Positions 56,124-64,000 of a DNA stretch of 64,000 bases are shown here, in pieces (position 1 is the stretch's first letter; every line of letters begins with the position of its first letter). Below the pieces are notes generated by a model. It did not search any database. It was given only the letters and a program-made list of their open reading frames with translations, and had not been told where the DNA came from. Origin of the DNA: the human T2T-CHM13v2.0 reference genome, Homo sapiens. The translations under genes were made by a program, and so were the position numbers. The stretch is from the NCBI RefSeq assembly GCF_009914755.1, contig NC_060947.1. One strand, written 5' to 3'.

Positions 56124-56369
56124 GGCAACAGCCAGAGGGCGTGAGACAGGTTGCAGGCTCAGTGCCGGCACCGGTGGGTGGCAAAGGGGTGCACAGACCG
56201 CACTCAGTGCCTATGCTGGTGACAAAAGAAACACGCAGGCAGAGTTAGTCACCCGTCAAGGGGAGAAGCCTCCGCGCCCAGCAAGGACGCTGCAGGACCC
56301 CCTACCCCGGGTTTCCGCACGGCTCCATCCCCAGTGCGGGCAGCTTCTATGGCTCCTTTCCGGACTCTC

Positions 56370-58080
56370 CAGATCTGTCTGCCTGTCTCTCTCCAGGGCT
56401 CTGATTTCCTCTCATCTGTTTCTCCTGCTGGCGCGTGCGTGCGTGCGCTTTCTCTGCTTGTCTCTCACACTGTCTCTGGCTCCGGGGAGTTTTGGTCGCT
56501 AGCGCTAGCGCATGCGCGTGCGCTCTCTGTTTCTGTCTGTTTACGACCGTCAGTTTCTGTCTCTTCTCCAGTGTCTCTCGCTAGCGCACTTTTTTTCTTT
56601 ATCTCTCGGGTTGTGTGTCTGTATGTGTCTCACCGTTTCCTGATTCTTTCTCATCCTTGTCTCTCACTTATGTCTGTCTCTGTTTCTCCGTCTCTCGATA
56701 GCACGTGCACGCTGTCTCTTTCCTGTTACTCTCATTTATCTCTTCCACTCTGTTTGTCACTCAGTCTCTCTGTGTGTGTCTCTTTCGCTAGCGCACTTTC
56801 TCTGCAGGGCTTGCGCTCTCGCTCCCTATCTTTCTCACAGTCTTGCCCGTCTCTCCCTCAGTCTCTTTCTGATCCATTCTGTCTCTCTGTGTCTCTGCCT
56901 GTCACTGTGTCGCTCGCTAGTTCATGTGTGTCTCCGTCTTTCCCTAGTGCTCTCTTGTCTCTCCATTTCTCTCTCAGTCTATTTCCCCAGCAGTTCATCT
57001 TTGTGGGTCCCTAGCGCACCTGTTCAATGTCGTTCGCTGTGTCTCTGCCCGTCTCCGTGTCTCTCCAACTCTCTTGTTTCTGCGTCTCCCTCGGGTTCTC
57101 TGGGTGTCTCCTTCTGTCTCTCACTGGCACGTGTGCGCTTGCTCTGTCTTTCTCGGACCCTCTTGTCTCTGTGTCTCTCCGTGTGGTTTCTGTCTCTCCC
57201 TGCCTAAGTTCTCTCTGCATTACTCTGCCTCTCTCTCCATTGATCTCTAACACTCTACTGCTTGTCTCACCTGTCTCTCAAGCTATCTCTTTAGTGTGTG
57301 CACTCTCTCGTTGGTTTCTCTGTCCTTCACTTTCCTGTCACCCCAGGACTCTGGCTAAACACTTGCTTTGTATCTTTGAGTGTGTGCGCATCTCTATTTC
57401 TCTACATCTTTTTCCCATGGCCCCTCACCTTGGTTTTTCTCTGGCTGGATCTCTGTCTCTTTGGATCTCTGTCTCCCTGTGGACTTTATTTTGCCGTGGA
57501 AACCACCTGCCGCCCCGGCCACCGCGGGCTTTGGTTAAAAAACCCTTAGTTTATCAGCAGTGCAATGGAGACTGGAAAATGCAGAGAGGATGCCTATTGA
57601 GCTCCCCTACCCTCACCCTCCACAGCCCCATCCCCATTCCCAATTTGGCATCCTCTTTGCTTTCTCCGGATCTGCTTGGTGTCGGTGACAGCCGAGGGGA
57701 GTGGGAAAGGAGCTGGGGAGAAAGGCAAAAGAGGCAGGGGTGCAGGGTGGTGGAGAGAGTCAGAAAGGCAGGGCGAGAGAGACTGAGAGGCAGAGAGACA
57801 AAAAGGAAATGAGAGACAGCGAAAGAATGAGATACATACAGAGAGACAGAGAGAATGTGAGCAACAGAGAGGGAGAAAGAAAGAAAAAAGAAGAAATGGG
57901 AGCGTGAGAGTGAGAGAGAATGAGAGAGCAAGACAGACTGGGAGAGACGCAGACAGAAAAAGCAAAAAATAATAAGAAAAGAGAACAAGCAGAGGAAGAG
58001 GGAAAGGATGAGGAAAAAACGAGAGAATGGAGAGGAAGGGGGAAAAGAACGCACGAGAAAAAGTGAGAGAGAAAACGCGA
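56370..58080. repeat. GPR101 intron low-complexity DNA: CT-rich 56370-57480, GA-rich 57700-58080
   Basis: Direct composition; source of the spurious L/S-rich ORFs. Confidence 0.9.
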
Positions 58081-58700
58081 GGGCGGGAGGATGGCTAGGG
58101 AAAGGCGAGAAGGGGCCGCACCGCGGGCCACCGCGCCTGGTAGCTCAGCAGCCGTCGGGACGCTTCAGAGGGGGCGTCGTGGGCTCCCAGGCTCGGGGCC
58201 CTGCCGGGTGCTGGGGGCCACGGAGCCCGGAGTAGGGCCGGGCTGCTTACCTGTTGCTGCTGCAGACGTGGCGTCGCGGGCGCCGCGTGCAGGTCCTTCG
58301 GGGCTCCTCGCGCTCGTCCCGGCCGCCTCTCGGGGCTCGGGCGGCTGCGAGCTGGCACGGGGCAGCGGGCGCTGCGGGCGCGGCAGGAGCGGGGCACAGC
58401 GTCTGTGCCCGCACGTCCGGCCAGCGCGCCGCGCTGCAAGCTCTGAGAGGCAGCGGGGGCGCGCGGCGTCTTAAGGCAGCGCGGTGCCCTCACCTTGCGG
58501 TGCCGCCCTCCCCTCGGCCCCCGCCTGCGCCCGTGACGCACGAGGCCGCCGCAGCCCAGGGAGCGGGGCTGGCAGGTGGGGGGCCGTGCACCAGACCCCA
58601 CTCAGATTTTCTCACTCCGGGTTCCCACCCCTGGGGCCCCGAGTCCACCGAGAGCTCACAGACTGGGGATTGTCACCGGGGCTGATTTTCGTGCAAACCC
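58060..58700 (-). promoter_or_regulatory. GPR101 CpG-island promoter
   Basis: Dense CpG. TATA-like TTAAGA starts at 58474, 30 nt upstream of an Inr-like TCAG (A at 58444). GC box CCCCGCC at ~58519-58525 and CRE-like TGACGCA at 58534-58540. Confidence 0.75.
58251..58444 (-). other. GPR101: GPR101 non-coding first exon (5'UTR); TSS approximate
   Basis: Strong donor CAG|GTAAGC at 58251/58250. GC-rich, no upstream ATG. Matching acceptor at ~56216 with branch point GACTAAC (56244-56250) and a pyrimidine tract. Confidence 0.75.
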
Positions 58701-61700
58701 CGTGCCTTCCTAGCCCCCTGATTTCGGGCCAGCTCCCAGGCACAGACCCTGCACTATCCTTCCGATTCTTCCAAATAGGAGGGCCCGGGACTCCCCTCGA
58801 CTTCTGAAAACCCTCCAAAGTATGAATAGCCCCTGAGCCCGAGAAAGGAATCGTGACTTTAATGTCAACGATTTTCCACGAATTTCTCTAGCTCCCAGGA
58901 AGAGCTAAGCGGCAGTGCTTTCCCTGTGGGATTTGGAAGCATTTCATTTAAGACAAGCCACATAATTACCCACTATATTCTTTGATTGAAGTATGTCTGT
59001 CTGTAAGTCAGTCAGCATCTCTCCCTCTCTCCCTCTTTCTCCCCCTCTCTCTGCCAGGTACTGTGTTAAACTGTTTACACAGAGAATACCGCTGAATCTT
59101 TACCCCAGCCTTGTGAGATAAGTACCGCTATTATCTTCATTTTATAGAGACAGAAGCAGAAGCCAAGAAAGATTACCCTACTTGCCTAAGTTCAAGTAAA
59201 TATTGCACACGTTCTATTAGCCAAGACATTCTGGTCTCTCCTAAACACATACTGGGTATTTGTTGTATATCAGGACTGAGGAGGCCCCCTCTTCCCTGCC
59301 CCCAGAAGGTAGGGAAGGTGACCCAGACCAGGGATCATTTGCATTAGATTTCCAAGGGATTAGGAGGTGTTTTCTAGGCAGGGCACAAGGGGAAATGTGT
59401 TCTGTAAAAAGAAGATGCATGGGGTAAAACTAGGGCTGCAAGAGAGACTTGAGTTCCAAAGGCTGGGAAAACAGGCTGCAGCATGGTGAGTGCCAGGAGG
59501 TTAGCTGGTTAAACTGGGTAGAGACAAATCCTGAGGGGTCTTGAATGCCAGTCTGCAGACTTCGGACTTTACCCTGAGATCCCTGGAGGTCGTCGGAGAG
59601 TCGTTTTATTATGAAAGACTTCAAGCATACACAAACGTAATGAGAATAATAAAATAATCCTCCATGTTCCTATTACCCAGCCTTCACAAGGGTAAATAAT
59701 TTGCCATTCTTGTTCATTGGTGGGTTTTAGGTAGGGCGATATTCTAAAATCAGGGCTGGTGTTGGATGGAGAAAGCTGAAGGGAGGCTGTGGCAGGAGAC
59801 AAAGAGGGTCTTGACAGGTCCAACAGAGCGGGGCAAGCAGAGACCTACAGAGAGGCAAATTGACAGGGAATAAGGGCAAGGAGGTGTTGGGGAGGGTCTA
59901 GAATGAGCACAGGGTTTGGAGTTGGTTGATGGGCTGGATGGAGATACCTCCTCCCCTTCTCGTCACCTGCCTCTGAGACAGGGAGATGAGACAGGTGTAT
60001 AATCGGGCCTCAAGAATGCTCTTTGGATCTGGAGTCCTGCATTTGCTCTTAGATCATTTGTCCTTTTTCTGCTATGCCTGATTTTATCTCCCCAAGGTTG
60101 AATGGTAAAAACCTGGTCATTTTTCCTAGAGACAGTTTCCGTGATAATCACTCACAGTTATTATTAATTCCTAGCTTCGTGCTGGCCATGGTACAGAATC
60201 CTGGGTGGCATGCACTGTCAAGCGGTAGTTTGTTCAGACTCAATGATTTTACAATCACTTGGGAGGCAGTGAAGCTGCTAGAAGTGGCCAGAGACAAAGG
60301 CCAGTCTTTCTTGACCTTTCCTATTTTTATTGTGGTTGTGACCATGCCCGAGACTGCTAGGTTCCAGCAGGGGACCCTCTAGACACATGTTAAAGATTGG
60401 TGCCTCAGAGGGATGGGCTCATGGAGTCTGCAGCTGCACTTTTGGGCACGAAGGGGGATAATAGGGAGTGGAAGGGGTTGGGTGGGATGAGGCCTCTGCA
60501 ACTGAGACAAGCCTGCCAGCCGGAGATAGGAAAAAAGCCAGAGAAGTGCTAGGAAATAAATACCAGCTATTTTTCTGTATAGGGAGATGTTTGAGGGTGG
60601 TTAATCCTCCGGTGTCTTCTCTTTCCCTCCAGATGTGAGCAGAGTAGGTATTCTTGGATTTCAAAGACATCCAAATATCAGTTCCCCAACTGGAAGTATG
60701 TGGTGGAGCTTTGGGGAATGTGGATTTGGCTTCCAGCCCTGCAGGCTCTGATTCTGATAGCCTTGAAGGAGCCCTTCAACTGACAAGCCTCATTACATTC
60801 TGGGGAGAGTCTTTGGGATGAAACAGGGAGACTTTGGGATGATGGCTTAAGAAGTCACCTAGTCCTTTTCCCTACCTTCATAATTCAGTAGCAGCAGAGG
60901 CACGATCAAGCTGATGATATTAATGGACCAGGACTAGAGGGCAAGAAGCTACCAACAAGAAAGGGCCCAAGGTCCCATTGACAATCACACGTTGCAACAC
61001 TGGTCAGTAGTGTGCCGGCCTCAGGCTTGTTCACCTTGTCAGACTAATTGCCCCAATTGCTGTACCAATAGCTAGATGAGGGAAGTTGGGAAACCCAAGA
61101 CTCAGCCAAGTATTAGTTCTAGTCATTCATTCTAGTAATAAACGGTGCAAGAGTCCTTGAGTGCCTACTTTATGCTTGCTGTCTTGTATTAAATCCTTGA
61201 GGAAGCTCTGCAAGTTAGGAAACAATACCGTATTTTCTGAAAGCATGACACAGTACATACCACTAGGAAATGGAAAAATGCTGAACATTTAACCATCATA
61301 CCATGGCTAACAAGATACATCTTGATTTCAAAGATGCTAGAATGTGAAAAAAAATGTGCTTTAGAATCAATGTAAGACAGTATCATCCCTGTCTTTACAG
61401 AGGGGTTAAGTAACTTATCCAAGGTCACACAGCAAATAAGTTTTGGAGCTGAGAGTTAAAGCCTACTCTAACTCCAAAGCAGGGGCATTTCCTAGGCTAC
61501 ATCAAGGAAGAGTGCAGAGACAAGACAGAAGGGCTCCCAGACCCAGCTCAGATAAAATTTTTGAATCTAGGTGAAAGGGGACTAGGAGTTGCTAGAATTG
61601 TGAAAAGACAAGTGCATTTGCAGTGGTAATGGTTTCTTTTTGTAGGACAGACACATGGTTCCCATAGGTGGTAAAAAGACTAAATCAGTCAATCTAAGTT

Positions 61701-62289
61701 CTAAGTCACACTCCTTTTTGCTTAGCGAGTTCATAATAAGTCGATGGGGAAAAATATATGGTTTTGTTCTGGAGTGCCTACCCATGGGGGTGTTTTACAT
61801 TTTTCAGTGTTATGTGTTACTCTGGAATTCACTTCAGGCCAACTCCTAGAAGCTGTGTTTGCAAAACTGAAACAAAATCAAGTACCACCTGGGTGTGAGC
61901 TAATATTGCACATTCTGTGGGTTTGGGCAGTACAGAAGTTCTGGATTTCAAAGCTATGTCTATCCAAATAAACTAATTTGGAAGAGAAAATCAGCAGAAA
62001 ATAACTTGATGGATTAAAACTAGAGAGCAGAAGACTTGAATTCTAGCCCTAATTCTGTGGCTAACTTGCATGTAACTTTGGGAAGATCCCCTTCCTCTCT
62101 CTGATCTCACTTCTGTAATCCACCAAATGAATGTGTGTGTGTGTGGTGGGGCTAGGGGTTGGATGTTAGGTAGTCTCTAAGGATCCTGTCAGTCTATGAC
62201 CTTTGATGCCATCTACTTTCTATCTGAGTGTTATTTTTAAAAACCCAAAACTAATCTGACCCAAATATTAAAAAAATTGAAAGCTGGAC

Positions 62290-63835
62290 TCTGCTTCTGG
62301 CCATGAAAGAATAAGAGACAGGATTTACCCTTTTATCTTAAACAACTAAAAAAGTGGACAACATACATAAAATAATAGTTGTTAGACATTGGAAAATAGA
62401 CAGTACAGCACAGTGATCTTCAAGAAAAGAGAAACAAATGAGGTGAGCCCTACAATTGCCTCCGTTTACTACCTAGAGAGAATTTCCAGTCCTCTGTGCA
62501 GGAAGAAAGAATCCAGGCTGAGCCTGGAAGTCCGCCTAAATTTAGGAGACAAAGTTCAGAATTCAAGGAGGTGAGGGTGGGCAGAATTTGCAGAGCAAGG
62601 TGCCAGAGGGGCACTGCACAGAAAGAGTACTCCGGAACTCTGTAAAAGATTTCCCTCAAGGCTGAATACTGATCAGCACATGCATGTAAAGTATGCAAGG
62701 TTGGGATAGAACCACTCAAAAGGAGTAGGAGGAGTGATTTGTAGAGCTCACACAAGACTGGGAATAGCTCAGTTTCCCAGTAGTCAGAGAGAAGAGACTT
62801 CATAAGATACAGTGCATCAGACTAAGTGCTCAGAGGAGGATTGCCTCAGTAGTGGAGCCAAACTAGCCTTAGTGTCAAGTATGCTCTGATCCCACATATG
62901 AAAGCTTAAAAACAGGCCCCGGTGTGTGATGTTCCCCTTCCTGTTGTGGGGTGGGGGGAGGGGGGAGGGATAGCATTAGGAGATATACCTAATGTTAAAT
63001 GACGAGTTAATGGGTGCAGCACACCAACATGGCACATGTATACATATGTAACAAACCTGCACGTTGTGCACATGTACCCTAAAACTTAAAGTATAATAAA
63101 AAAAAGAAAGCTTAAAAACAAGTTTTGAAAATATCAAACTGTTTGCAAGTGGCTTTACTGCACCGAGAGCAAGATTCAACAATAAGTAAAGGAATACAAT
63201 AATATTTAAAGGAGCACCCAATAAGCTAAAATTTGCAAAATGTGAAATCCAATAAAAGATTATAAGGCATGCAAGGTAAGAAAATATACTCCTAATGAGA
63301 AGAGAAATTTTTAAATAGAAACAGACCCAGATGATAGAATTAGTAAACATGGATATTAAAATGGCTTTTAAAATATAATTCATATGTTCAAGAATGTAGA
63401 GGAAAGTATGGGCATGTAAAAGCGAGACATGGAAAATATAAAAATATAAAACAGACTCAAATCTTACTTCTAGAGGTAAAAAAATACGTTTGGTATAGAA
63501 AATACACTGAATGACATTATTAGCATGCTAGACACTGCAGAAGAGATTAGTGAACTTGAAGACACAGTAATAGAAACTGTGCAAAATGAAACAGAAAGAA
63601 CAAAGATAGAAGTAAATAAGAAGAGCAACAGTGAGCTGTGGGATAACTTGAAGTATCCTAATATATGTTAATTGGAGTCCCAGAAATAAGTAGGGAGGCA
63701 GAAACATTATTTGAGGAAACAATGACTGAAACATTTCCAAATGTAATGGGAATATAAACCCACAAATTCAAAAACCTCAACAAAACTCAAGCAAAAGAAA
63801 TATGAAGAAAACCATGCCAGGCCACATCGTAATGC
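62290..63835 (+). mobile_element. Old L1M 5'/ORF1 region (host of the small L1PA)
   Basis: Degenerate ORF1-like sequence (GATTAGTGAACTTGAAGAC, ATTGGAGTCCCAGAA). Confidence 0.65.
62911..63105 (+). mobile_element. Tiny L1PA 3' end with 5' inversion
   Basis: TSD GAAAGCTTAAAAACA at 62900-62914 and 63106-63120; inverted part 62911-62943. Confidence 0.9.
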
Positions 63836-64000
63836 TTGTAGTTTCTTTGTAAATCCTCACTATATTTTTGGCAAGGATTTGGAGAAACTATAACTCTCAT
63901 ACACTGATTTTTGAAATGGAAAATAGTATAACCACACTAAAAAAGTTTGGCCAGTTTTAAAAAGTGGTAATCATCTACCTACCATATGACTCTGTCCATG

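Noticed and set aside
56124-56171. 16-aa N-terminal extension of GPR101 (524-aa ORF call)
   Set aside because: It starts at a non-ATG codon; the ATG at 56123 has good context and gives the known 508-aa protein.
54967-56502. Plus-strand ORFs antisense to GPR101
   Set aside because: Shadow frames of a GC-rich CDS.
58196-58216. RE1/REST-like CCAGCACCCGGCAGGGCC
   Set aside because: Needs two indels to fit the consensus.
56334-58818. Long L/S/C-rich and R/G/A-rich ORFs of up to 261 aa
   Set aside because: They arise from CT-rich low-complexity and CpG-island DNA depleted of stop codons.

Overview
Human genomic DNA, recognisable as Xq26.3. The only intact protein-coding gene is GPR101 on the minus strand. 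Its single coding exon is 54597-56123 (508 aa, carrying the L124 allele). It also has a non-coding first exon in a CpG island (~58.25-58.45 kb) and a ~6.2 kb 3'UTR ending near 48.38 kb. Converging on it from the plus strand are five intron-separated exons of a dead TM9SF2-like gene (TM9SF5P), with two nonsense codons. The first 10.5 kb is a nested stack: an old L1M holds an SRRM1 processed pseudogene, which holds an AluY and a full-length L1PA carrying a 134-bp 3' transduction. The window also has a full-length SVA inside a MER21-like LTR, two THE1 solo LTRs, a truncated L1, a tiny twin-primed L1 and many Alus. The most unusual signals are several fossil template-switch scars. The main one is a two-donor templated insertion with a snap-back hairpin at 28.1-28.4 kb; others are an Alu junction that captured 81 bp of local DNA and a micro direct-inverted-direct triplication. 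Repeat subfamily calls are by eye, not from RepeatMasker.
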